Program-made: the position numbers and the translations under genes | Shown here: piece after piece, positions 1 to 11,039 of the stretch | Layout: every line of letters begins with the position of its first letter | How positions within the stretch are numbered: the stretch's first letter is position 1 | NCBI RefSeq assembly: GCF_000002075.1 | Contig: NW_004797376.1 | Span: forward strand, 1,191,313 to 1,255,312 | Length of the DNA: 64,000 nt | Source of the DNA: Aplysia californica | Lineage: Eukaryota | Reading direction: 5' to 3' | The notes under the pieces: model-generated | Databases searched by the model: none | What the model was told of the DNA's origin: nothing | Seen by the model: the letters and a program-made list of their open reading frames with translations, nothing else

Positions 1-15
1 ATAGTAGTAGTAGTG

Positions 16-75
<60 letters not shown>

Positions 76-285
76 TTTAGAGTATCATCGAGACACCGTT
101 CACGTCATTTAGAAGGTGGGCTTTGACACTACTTGTCAGGTCCAACCTGCGCTGAGAGGAATACAAGATTATAGCAGAAAGACCGAGATACTAGATAGAT
201 AAAGTTTCTTCCCACATGGGAATCTTACTTGGGTCTTCTGCGTGCTACGGCGCACAGCCTAACCACTACACCACAGACAGCGGTT
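1..285 (-). mobile_element. tRNA-derived SINE with (CTA)n tail
   Basis: On the minus strand the 5' head reads GTCTGTGGTGTAGTGGTTAGG (A-box-like)...GTAAGATTCCC (degenerate B box). The (TAG)n run at 1-75 is its 3' tail. Related bodies occur at ~39910-40095 and ~56085-56262. Confidence 0.65.
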
Positions 286-1087
286 TGGTTTTTTGTATGG
301 CAAGTAGATAAACTTCATCGAAGTGACTATTTTTTGCCAACGTTTTAAAAGAAATTGCCTTTGCTTATGATCGACTGATAATGCCATTATTCATTTTCAT
401 TGAGCACCTCCCTGTGCGTTTTAACACATAAGATACCAAAATTAATTGATTCCTGAGTGTTGGAGGATGTTGTTTTTTTTAAATTGAGTCTCTGTCTATC
501 TGTTAGGACATCGTATTTCTCTCAGCTCGTGTTGGCCCAGACAAACACAATCTAAGCAGCCCGTTTCCTAACAAGATCTATCTAAATTGTGCGGATGTGG
601 GTGTAAACCCATTCTTTTAACAGTTACCATTTTGGTTCTTTCTTTCATTCTTTACTTATATCTTTTTTTTATTTTATTATTTGCTTTGAGCTTGTGCAAT
701 GGCATCAACCTTGGTACATTAACTCATGGCAGAAACAAAAGTTGAACCCACACCTGTAGGACAAGTTTCAAACTGTGAATCGGGCAGATCTGAAAGAAGT
801 GACCAGGCAGTTGTTATCCAACGACATGTTTGACCAGGCAATATTTCTTTTGCGTCGACAGCATCAGTGTGTAATTTTCCGTGATGTGCAAGATAGGCTA
901 TCACTGAGGGCAAAACCTATGAGAACAAACTTTGGGATAATCCGCAGGTCCAGCACACAATAGCACAGGTCCGTCCAGAAGTTCAGGGTATCTCTTGAAT
1001 AAGCGTTGCCAATACTTAGAGAAACAACAACAACAAAAAAGGTCACAAAAAATAATATCCGGCAAAGGTGAGAGTAAAGTCACTCAC

Positions 1088-1780
1088 TCGTTGCAACTTT
1101 CACTTTTCGACACTATCACAAAAATATCCTTTTAGTAATAGATCCGATGATCTTGACCCGAATAAATTTACCGACAAAAGTTAGAACAATTCAAGAGCTA
1201 TTATAATGAAAATTTCAACTTGTTCTCTCCACTAAAATGTGATAGTATTCCTAGGAATATTTAAGCCTCCTCGTTGAAACAAATTAATAGAATGTGCAGA
1301 AGACGAAAGCTTCTTCGGTGGAAACTGTGACCGTTAAACTTTTTTTTAAATGCTGAATTGAAGCATCGAAATTAATGTAATTTTGTTACTGTAACACAAA
1401 TCTTTTGGGAAAAAAGCCCTGACGCAATGCGTGCAATTATTCACGAACTAAACAACACGAGAACCACAATCTGTTGCCAACACTGTGAGTGAAACACGAT
1501 CCCACCAAACATCCTTTTCCTTCCGTGAGCGACCGCACAGTAGTTAGCAAGTAGTCAACAGCAGTCAACACACGTGCGATACAGACGAAACGTTCCGAAC
1601 ACCCCGCCTTTTCTTTCAGCCTTCACTCATTCAGTGCAGCCGTCTCCGAGTGGTCAACGGGTCTATCAGCGCTTCCCCTCTCCGTTTCGTTACTAAACAG
1701 AGCGAGCGCTCACCCACTCCCTCATTCCCTTCCTCCCTTCACCCTCCTCGCTCACCTCGCTCAACTCGCTCGCGCATAAT
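1088..1780 (-). other. Possible non-coding first exon/promoter of a gene extending left of the window
   Basis: Minus-strand donor CGA|GTGAGT at 1088/1087. The upstream 1500-1840 stretch is CpG-rich and TE-free, with no convincing ORF. Confidence 0.25.
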
Positions 1781-3705
1781 GTGTAAAGAGGGGCTCGTCT
1801 CGCCTCATAGCGAATCCTAACAAAAAGGAGGCGCGATGAGCCAAACCGAAAGTGAGTTCGTTGGCAACATGTGTCCTCATATATGTATTGATGTAGTGTG
1901 TGTGTGTGTGTGGTGTGTGTGCTGCGTGTGTGTATGTGTTTCATTGCAGTATATAATGTGTGTGTGTTCGTGTGCATGTGTGTGCTTGTATNNNNNNNNN
2001 NNNNNNNNNNNNNNNNNNNNNNNNNNNNNNNNNNNNNNNNNNNNNNNNNNNNNNNNNNNNNNNNNNNNNNNNNNNNNNNNNNNNNNNNNNNNNNNNNNNN
2101 NNNNNNNNNNNNNNNNNNNNNNNNNNNNNNNNNNNNNNNNNNNNNNNNNNNNNNNNNNNNNNNNNNNNNNNNNNNNNNNNNNNNNNNNNNNNNNNNNNNN
2201 NNNNNNNNNNNNNNNNNNNNNNNNNNNNNNNNNNNNNNNNNNNNNNNNNNNNNNNNNNNNNNNNNNNNNNNNNNNNNNNNNNNNNNNNNNNNNNNNNNNN
2301 NNNNNNNNNNNNNNNNNNNNNNNNNNNNNNNNNNNNNNNNNNNNNNNNNNNNNNNNNNNNNNNNNNNNNNNNNNNNNNNNNNNNNNNNNNNNNNNNNNNN
2401 NNNNNNNNNNNNNNNNNNNNNNNNNNNNNNNNNNNNNNNNNNNNNNNNNNNNNNNNNNNNNNNNNNNNNNNNNNNNNNNNNNNNNNNNNNNNNNNNNNNN
2501 NNNNNNNNNNNNNNNNNNNNNNNNNNNNNNNNNNNNNNNNNNNNNNNNNNNNNNNNNNNNNNNNNNNNNNNNNNNNNNNNNNNNNNNNNNNNNNNNNNNN
2601 NNNNNNNNNNNNNNNNNNNNNNNNNNNNNNNNNNNNNNNNNNNNNNNNNNNNNNNNNNNNNNNNNNNNNNNNNNNNNNNNNNNNNNNNNNNNNNNNNNNN
2701 NNNNNNNNNNNNNNNNNNNNNNNNNNNNNNNNNNNNNNNNNNNNNNNNNNNNNNNNNNNNNNNNNNNNNNNNNNNNNNNNNNNNNNNNNNNNNNNNNNNN
2801 NNNNNNNNNNNNNNNNNNNNNNNNNNNNNNNNNNNNNNNNNNNNNNNNNNNNNNNNNNNNNNNNNNNNNNNNNNNNNNNNNNNNNNNNNNNNNNNNNNNN
2901 NNNNNNNNNNNNNNNNNNNNNNNNNNNNNNNNNNNNNNNNNNNNNNNNNNNNNNNNNNNNNNNNNNNNNNCCCCCTCTTATTATGTTGATGATGGCCATG
3001 CAGTTTACTAAGAGTGAGAGATCTTTATTTTACGTTTCGATTTGTGCTTTCCTGAAAAAAAATTGTCTAGAGGGGTACTCCGAAAAAAAGGAAGACAAGG
3101 TATCGAAATCATTTGCAGTATGTCTTGAAAATGATCCACATTTGTTGGAAAATGAACAAAATTCAGAAAACTCTTTTGATCTATCTTCATTTGATACAAA
3201 CGTGTACAGACTCGGCGAACTAAGTGTTGTGTTTTTAATGCCGTCCAGTATAGATCAATATGTATTATATAACTACTTCACACCTTCTCAAATTGTGATA
3301 CTCAGAAACTAGCCTAGAGATTACTGTGGAATTGTCACACGTCTCGTGAACCCAACGTTGTTCATGAATTGTGCTTACGAACGTGTCACGGAGTTTCTAT
3401 TTTGATTTGTTTTGTTTGTCTTCCCCCTCAGGAAATAAGTTATGTGGTTTTGTTTGATTGTTTTTATTTAGTATTTTAAAGCAATGGGAACAGATTTAAA
3501 AAGAAAACAACACACATCAGATGAACTCATTAGATCAACAGCCGTATCACAAGGTATGAACAGACAAGTTCATGCGCACGAGACCGCGAGATAGCAACAG
3601 CCACTATAAGGACATAGGCCGATGCAAGCACAATGGAGCGCACCATTTTGACCAAATTTGGAGCCAAATGAGGTCAAGGGAAAAAGGTGAGTTCCTTTTG
3701 AAATA

Positions 3706-5079
3706 AGAAAGCTGTCCCACGGAAAACCGGAAAAGGTCCATAAAAGCAACAATCTTTGTCCTATTATAATAAAAATGTAACACATTATACCTCAACATGT
3801 GCTTTATTTCTCGATGTAATCACAATCCCGCTGGACACATTTTTCCCATTACTGGATCAGGGAGAAGATACACTCCTTGGAGAATTTTTCGTCAAGGGAT
3901 TTCAACCAATCTTTAACGGCTTCCATGAGGTCTTCGTCGTCGGTGAATAGCTGTCCAGAAATAGGGCGTTTCATTGGTCCAAAATGGTGATAATCTGACG
4001 GGGCCAAGTCAAGACTGTGAGGGGGGTGTGGCAGAACTTCCCAGCCGAACCTTTGGATCCAGTCTTTCGTAGTGTTTGTGGTGTGTGGTGTTGCGTTGTC
4101 ATGCTGCAAAGTGACCCCGCTGGACAACTGGTCTGGTCTTTTTCGGCGCACAACCTCTCTCAACTTATCAAGAGTCTGGCAGGGTCTGTTAGCATTAACA
4201 GTTTGTCCTGGTTCCAGAATATCAAAAAGCAGAATACCCTTAGCATCCCAGAAAACCGTGCAGTGAGTTTCTTCACCGATGGCTGAACTTTAACCTTTTT
4301 TCGGGGGAGGTGAAGACGTGTGTTTCCAAACCATTGAATCTCTCTTCGTCTCAGGGGCCATGTGGTGTATCCAAGTCTCATCACCTGTAATAATGCTTCT
4401 CAGGAGTGCTTCATCGTATTGTTGGAGGTCTCCTGATGCGTTCATGACTCCCTTGACAGCTTGGCGACAACGATTCAACAAAGTCTGAGACACTTCATCA
4501 CGTTGCATCTTGTGGTCAGCTGTCAGCTCTTTCGTGACCCATTGAGCGGAGACCTTTCGATAGTGCAGCTCATCAAACACTATCCTATGGACAGTCGACT
4601 TTGAAATATTTAACGATTCGGAAGTTTCGCGATTTTTTTTACGCCTGTCTGTTTGAATGAGTTCGTTAACGCGGCTCTTGTTGTCCTCAGTCTTGGCAGA
4701 AAAACAAGGTCCTGGGTGAACTTTTTCATTGACATCCGTATGCCCGGCTTTGAACTTACTACACCACTCATATACCTGTGATTTTGCCATTACTTTCTCC
4801 CCGTAAACTGACTTTATTTCAGTGTGTATTTCTATTGGTTTGAGACCTTTTGCGGTCAGAAACCGAATGACTGACCTCACTTCTACCCTTGACCAGTTTT
4901 CCAAGGGGGTAGCCGTTTTTGGGGAACTGCTGTTTTTTGTTTGTTTTGTGCGATGCTCGTGGTGCTCAATCGGGAAATTCCTTAATGATTGTTTTACAAT
5001 TGTGCGTTTACAGAATGTGAAAATATTGAATAGTTTTCAAATTACAGCCAAATTCCGGTTTTCCGTGGGACAACCCTCG
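3706..5079 (-). mobile_element. mariner (DD34D) DNA transposon, full length, inactivated
   Basis: TIR core TGTCCCACGGAAAACCGGAA at 3713-3732, inverted at 5053-5072. TA flanks at 3704-3705 and 5080-5081. Length ~1.37 kb. Confidence 0.95.
3849..4904 (-). pseudogene. mariner transposase, frameshifted
   Basis: ORF pieces 4290-4904 and 3849-4163 give an HTH region, WVTKEL (WVPHEL-like), ITGDETW, LQHDNATPH and PHSLDLAPSDY. There are exactly 34 residues between the 2nd and 3rd Asp. Confidence 0.93.
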
Positions 5080-5759
5080 TAATTTAAATAATATCCGATC
5101 CCCTTTAGCCCTGTTGATCAGGTAAACGTAATGCATTATTTTGCCAGGTAGTGACTGGACGAAATAAGATTATGGTTTTTAGTTGCATCGAAAACAAACT
5201 GGTCTATGAATGTGAAACAAGTTCAACTCAACCAAATACACCTAGATCTACATGATTTTGAGAAAGCTTTGTTCTGCCTCTACTGTCATTTTAGACTGGG
5301 CTGATTAACTGCCTTACAAAAAGGGGTTGGAGATGACTTATTTACACACATTTCCCTTTCAAAGGATGCTTCAAAAGGGTGCATCAAAGAAACTAGGAAA
5401 CAAACAAATTAATGAAAAACGATATTAAAAAATCAAAACATTTTTTCAGCTCGAAGCCCAAATTCCACTTCCCTGTGGTAAGCTTAGGGAAGCAAATACA
5501 CAGTTGACCGTCACAATCACAAAGTTTATCTAAGTCAAAAGACTGCAAGTGATGAGCGGAAGAGGCAATGAAAAAAATTGATTCCAAAATCAAAGTAAGA
5601 AATCGGCCCGCATAACTGGTCCAAAAGGGAATCCTTTCTCGGGGAATACATGCCTTACGTACTCAATGATAACGAGACTCGTGTTATGCGCTTCATTTGG
5701 GCGCTTTTGAATAGAGCCATTTACAGCGAAGCAAAAATCGTAAGCTACGACGATGCCCG

Positions 5760-5981
5760 TGTAGAGCATTGATTGAAGTCTATGCCCGCACCGCACAGCC
5801 TCGAACTAGGTGCCCACTTCATCACTCAAGATTGCAGCCGCACCAAAGCCGAAACAAGTTCCACTGGGCAAAGGAACATTTAAGTTGGCCTCGTCGTGAT
5901 TGGAATACGCGCGTGTCCCCAGATGAGTCAAGATTTCTGTGGAAACGATATGACAGAACAATGCTTGTCAACCTTTTTTAA
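5760..5981 (+). pseudogene. Tc1-type transposase remnant
   Basis: HWAKEHLSWPRRDWNTRVSPDESRF resembles the Tc1 motif WAREH..W...W..VLFSDESRF. No TIRs were recognised. Confidence 0.65.
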
Positions 5982-6263
5982 TGTATAGCCAGCACCCACT
6001 TTTGCAACTTTTAAGCGCGGAAAGTGTTCGTTCAGCCCGCCTAAATGCATTTCCAAGAGGGGCATTAAATTTATACCTGTGACTACTGGATGATTCTCAC
6101 CACCCATCAAAATTATCAAACCTCTCACTGGTGGGCTATATTGCCCAGGTTGGCAAACATTGCAATAAAAGGACCTAATGAGGTCCAGCGTCCATCAATC
6201 CTGCTAGAAACTTCAGAGTAGGCAGTGTCTTTTTATGGGCTATGATCAGTTCAACTGGGAGCT

Positions 6264-6424
6264 GGGTGGCTGGTGGGTTCTCTGGTGTGGTTTGCTCCTT
6301 TTTTTTCCCTATCAAAAATGTATCGGCGTTATCTGTCCTCCTTCTTTATCTTGTTTATTTCTCTTTAGTAACACCTCTAATCATATACCTAATATGACCT
6401 AACTTTTTACAAGTGCCACAAAAC
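6264..6424 (+). mobile_element. Short headless retro-element family A, copy interrupted by RTE LINE
   Basis: TGGGTGG...CTGGTGTGGTTTGCTCCTT...TATGACC...GTGCCACAAAAC. The 3' tail TCTTACGAAAC resumes at 9659 after the RTE. Confidence 0.8.
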
Positions 6425-9400
6425 CCTGCCGTGCAGTCCTGGCATTCTGAAAAATAGGACTGACGTGGTGCTAGCGTGTCGTACGAGGCGACTAAATGGC
6501 GAAACAGGTTGTGGCACCTGAAACAGAGTCATCCTACCTCCAGGTTGGGGGTTGAGTTACGAGGTAAACAACCTCTCTCGTAAAAAGAACCTGTTACATA
6601 AACACATACAAGCAAAAACCATTATCTCTGCTTGGCTGGTAGTGAATCCTCTCCGAATGGAGAGTCTATGACGCGAGGCAGTGAAAGCCGAAAGGAAGCT
6701 AGAAGCCTCCACAGTCATCCAAGTGCAAGTCTCTCCAGATTGGATCGTGGAACGTTAGGACCCTTAATGAGGCTGGGGAAACTGCACGGGTCTTCAAAGA
6801 GATGCACCGATACCACCTACACATACTGGAAATCAGCGTGACCCACTTGAAACAAGTCTGAACAGAAAGGAATGAAAGAGGGGGAGCTTTTCATGTGTTC
6901 AGGAAATGACAGCGATGGACCACACAGGGAAGAAGTAGGGATGATCATATCCAAAACAGCTCAAAAGACATTCAGGGGCAGAGAAGCGTACGGTCCGAGG
7001 ATCATCATAGCCTCGTTTGGAACTAAGAAAAAACTCAAGTTAAGAGAAGGTAGGAAGAAGGTCATAAACATAAACACCATACAAGTGTATGCCCCTACCA
7101 ATGATGTAGAAGAGGAGAATAAAGATGACTTCTACAGCCGCCTGCAGAGTGTGATCAACAAACATCCAGGTAAGAACTTCAACTTTGTCACGGGAGACCT
7201 AAATGCAAAGGTAGGTTCGGACAATAGTTACTGTGAGGAAATCATGAGCAGACATGGATTGGGAGAGGCAAATGACAATGGAGAAAGATTCCAGAACTTC
7301 TGTGCATTGAAAAACTTGGTTATTGGGTCTCCCCGGACGGAACAACGGAAATCCAGATTTACCATTTTAGTATCTCCCGAAAGTTTAGACGCTCACTGGA
7401 GGACGTCCGAGTCTTACGAGGAGCAGACGTCGCACCAGATTACCATTTGATCCTTGGAAAGATGAAACTGGAACTGAGAAGATATGCCTAAATCACAACT
7501 GGAAGTTGCCAAAAGTATGAAGTGAGTCTTCTGAAAGACCCAGTAAAATTTTAAAAATTCAAGTTGAAACTGAAGAACAGATTTCAAGCCCTTCAAGGGT
7601 GAAGTAAACGAGCACTGTGAAAAGATAAAAGACGCAGTAAATACAACTTGCCAGAGCACCCTAAGACCCAAAGACTACACCAGGAATGAATGGATTTCAC
7701 TGGACTCTCTGGACAAAGCCAAAAGAAGAAGAGGGCTGAAGGCCAAAGTCAACACAGTCGTAACCAAACTGAGAAACGCGCTGCACAACAAGAGTACACC
7801 GAAGTAAACCGGGAGGTAAAGAATTCCATTAAGAAGGACAAGAATACCTAATGAAAGGCCTGGCCGAAAAGGCAGGGAAAGCAGCAACAGACGGATACTT
7901 GCGGATTGCACACTAGACAACGAAAAACTCTTTCAGGTAGGTTCAGCAAGCCCACTTTACTAGTAAAAGACAAAGAGGGAAAGACTATCTTTGACCCAGA
8001 GGGACAACTGAACCGATGGAGAGAACACTTTGATCAACTCTTGAACAGACCACCTCCAGGAAAGCAACCAGAAATTCTTCTAGCCAGAAATCCAATAGTT
8101 ACGGAACCACCTTCGAGAGACGAAATTGCTGCAGCTATAACAGCACTGAAGTCCCACAAGGCAGCTGGTCCTGACCAAATACCACAGGAAGCCCTTAAGG
8201 CAGATAAAGATACATCAGTGGAAATTCTGTATGCTCTATTTGAAAAGGTTTGGTAAGAGGAGGAAATGCCATCTGACTGGAAGGAAGGTCACATAATCAA
8301 GCTGCCAAAGAGGGGAGACCTCAGCAATTGTAACAACTACAGCGGCATAATACTCCTGTCCATACCTGGGAAAGTCTTTAACAGGATACTCCTGCCTGGG
8401 GAGAATCAAGCTGGCAGCAGATGAGAAGCTCCAAGGAAACCAGGCAGGGTTCCGCAAGAACCGACCATGTGTGGACCAGATCACTACTCTGCACATCATT
8501 GTTGAGCAACCATTTGAATGGACTTCACCCCTCGTGGTCAACTTCATTGATTATAAAAAGGCGTTTGAAGGCAAGGACAGGAAAACTCAGTGGAAACCCA
8601 TGCGGCATTATGGAATACCTGATAAAATCATCAAGCTTGTGAGACCACCTACGATGGAACAAACTGCCAAGTCTTCCACGAAAAACAACTCTCAGAACCA
8701 TTCCAGGTACAGACAGGAGTGCGACAAGGATGCTTGCTCTCACCTTTTCTCTTCATACTGGCAATTGACTGGGTCATGATAGAAGCCACCAAAGGCAAGC
8801 ACAATAAATGGAATACAGTGGATCCCCTGGCAGCAGCTGGATGACTTGGACTTCGCTGATGACCTTGAACTGCTCTCTCACAAACATGCTCACATGCAAG
8901 AAAAGACCAAGGAACTCAACAGCCTATCAAGGAGTGTTGGCCTACGTATACATCCAAGTAAGTCGAAAGTAGTGAAGCTATGAAAGGTTTCAAGCCCTGC
9001 AGTGATAGTGGAAGGCCCTCCCGTGGAAGAAGTGGACTCTTTTACCTACCTTGGAAGTGCCATCGATGGTAAAGGTGGAACTGAGGCAGATGTAAAAGCA
9101 AGAACCGCTAAGGCACGGTCCACATTCAACCAATTATCAAATGTCTTGAAAGCAAGAGACATCTTATTGCGCACCAAGATTCGACTCTTTAATTCCAATG
9201 TCAAGTCATTCGGCGCTCCTCTACGGCTACGAAACTTGGAAGAAAACAAAGACAGTGCTGAATAAAGTCCAGACTTTCATCAGCAGATGTACGAGGAGTG
9301 TCCTAATAATTAAGTGGCAGGATAGAATAAGAAATGAAGAGCTGTGGGAAAGGACAGGACTGAAAGATGTAGAATTAGAAATAGGACAAAGAAAGTGGCG

Positions 9401-9647
9401 ATGGATGGGACAAACCTTCAGAAAGCACAGCAGAAACATTGCAAGACAGTCGCTGCAGTGGAATCTACATGGAGCACGAGACAGGGGTAGGCCACGAGAA
9501 ACGTGGAGGAGATGTGTGGAAAGGGACATGAGAGAGTTGAAGCTCACTTGGAACGAGCTGGGAAAGATGGCCCAGGAGAGAGATAAATGGAAGGAGTTTG
9601 TATGTGGCCTTTACCCTGCCAGGGGTGAAAGGCGTTGATGATGATGA
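6425..9647 (+). mobile_element. RTE-clade non-LTR retrotransposon, apparently full length, decayed
   Basis: APE motifs (IQVYAPT, GDLNAKVG), RT motifs (KAAGPDQI, FIDYKKAF, DLDFADD, FTYLGS) and C-terminal RGRPRETW. (GAT)n tail and 11-bp TSD TGCCACAAAAC at 6414-6424 / 9648-9658. Many stops and frameshifts. Confidence 0.95.
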
Positions 9648-10199
9648 TGCCACAAAACTCTTACGAAACAATTGAGAGTGTAACAACCTTCATAAGAACT
9701 TACTTAAGGAATTTGAACTCGGGGTAAGAGGTAGAATGTTCTTGTCAAGGTAATTTGAACTGAAAATTAAAACGGCCAAAAAAAAATCAAACAAAGCAAC
9801 AACCCCCACTCCGAAAAACAAAAGAAAATAAAACAAAACAAACCACAAACAAGCAAAAAAAAAGAAAAAGAAAGAAAACCAATAAAACAAAAACACCCAA
9901 AAATCCTTCCCGTCCAGAAAACGAGAGGTGCATCTTGGGGGGAAAAAAAGGTAGGGTATAAGGGAAACAATTCTGAAAATACGGATTGTACTTTAGCCTG
10001 CGACCTAGTTGCTGCCCATTATAGCCCTTTTGAGATTGACTGTTCAGTTCAAGCAAGTGTTTAACCAAACGGGGCGATTTATGAGCACTCTGTTACAGGG
10101 GGTTCTGTCGGTCTAAAACTGATTGTAAGTTGTTGTCTTTTGTTAAAGTTTTGAAAAAAAAAAAAGAAAAAGAAAAAGATGAATCCATCAACCGGTTAA

Positions 10200-10354
10200 T
10201 TTTCTACGATTCCTAGATGTGTGCAGCAGAATTGCTGAGAAACTATGTAGAGCAAGACTAATAACAATGAAAACAGGAAAACTTTTATGATTGAATATGG
10301 TAGCACGCATGAACTTTGCAGCAATAAATTTGCAGATACAACAGACCAATATAT

Positions 10355-10420
<66 letters not shown>

Positions 10421-11030
10421 ACATAAAGTACCCAAAACTGTACAACGAAGACCAAGAAAAACATAAGATAATAGAGGAGGAGAACCGATAATAAAGAATG
10501 AAATAAATGGACCACCAATACTGAAAACAGAAGTACAAGCTGCCATTAGGAAAAGGAAACAAGGAAAAGCGACAGGACCATATAATGTTCCAGTTGAAGT
10601 GATTGTAGCGCTTGAAGAACTAAGCACTGAAATAACAACAAAGCTCTTAAATTCTATTTATAACAGTGGTGAGATCCCAGAAGATAAGATGAAGTCAGTT
10701 TGAATAGTTTTACCTAAAACACCAATTATCATTGAATGTGATATGCATAGAACAATTAGCCTTATGAGTCATTTTTAAAAAAAAATATTGTTGGGAGTAC
10801 TAATTGGAAGATGAAAAAAAGTCTAAAACCAGAGATATCTAAAACACAATTCGTCTTTGTTCCTGACATGAGCACCAGAAATGTTATATTCATCTCAACA
10901 ATGTAATGTAAAGATGTATTGAAGCACAGAAAGATCTATATACATTTATGCTTCATAGATTATTCAAAGGCGTTCAAAGTTAGACATGATGAGCTATTTA
11001 AAATACTGGAAAAGCTAGACATAGATGGAT
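10200..11030 (+). mobile_element. Internal fragment of a second RTE-like LINE (RT N-terminal part)
   Basis: Translates to PILKTEVQAAI..KQGKATGP..., NSGEIPED, RTISLMSH and LCFIDYSKAF, with stops. Contains an (AG)n expansion at 10356-10418. Confidence 0.8.
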
Positions 11031-11039
11031 TTTTTGAGA

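Noticed and set aside
1836-3312. Long ORFs spanning N runs (also ~15.5-16.0, 19.5-19.9, 23.7-24.9, 56.7-57.1 and 58.2-58.5 kb)
   Set aside because: Artefacts of assembly gaps translated as X.
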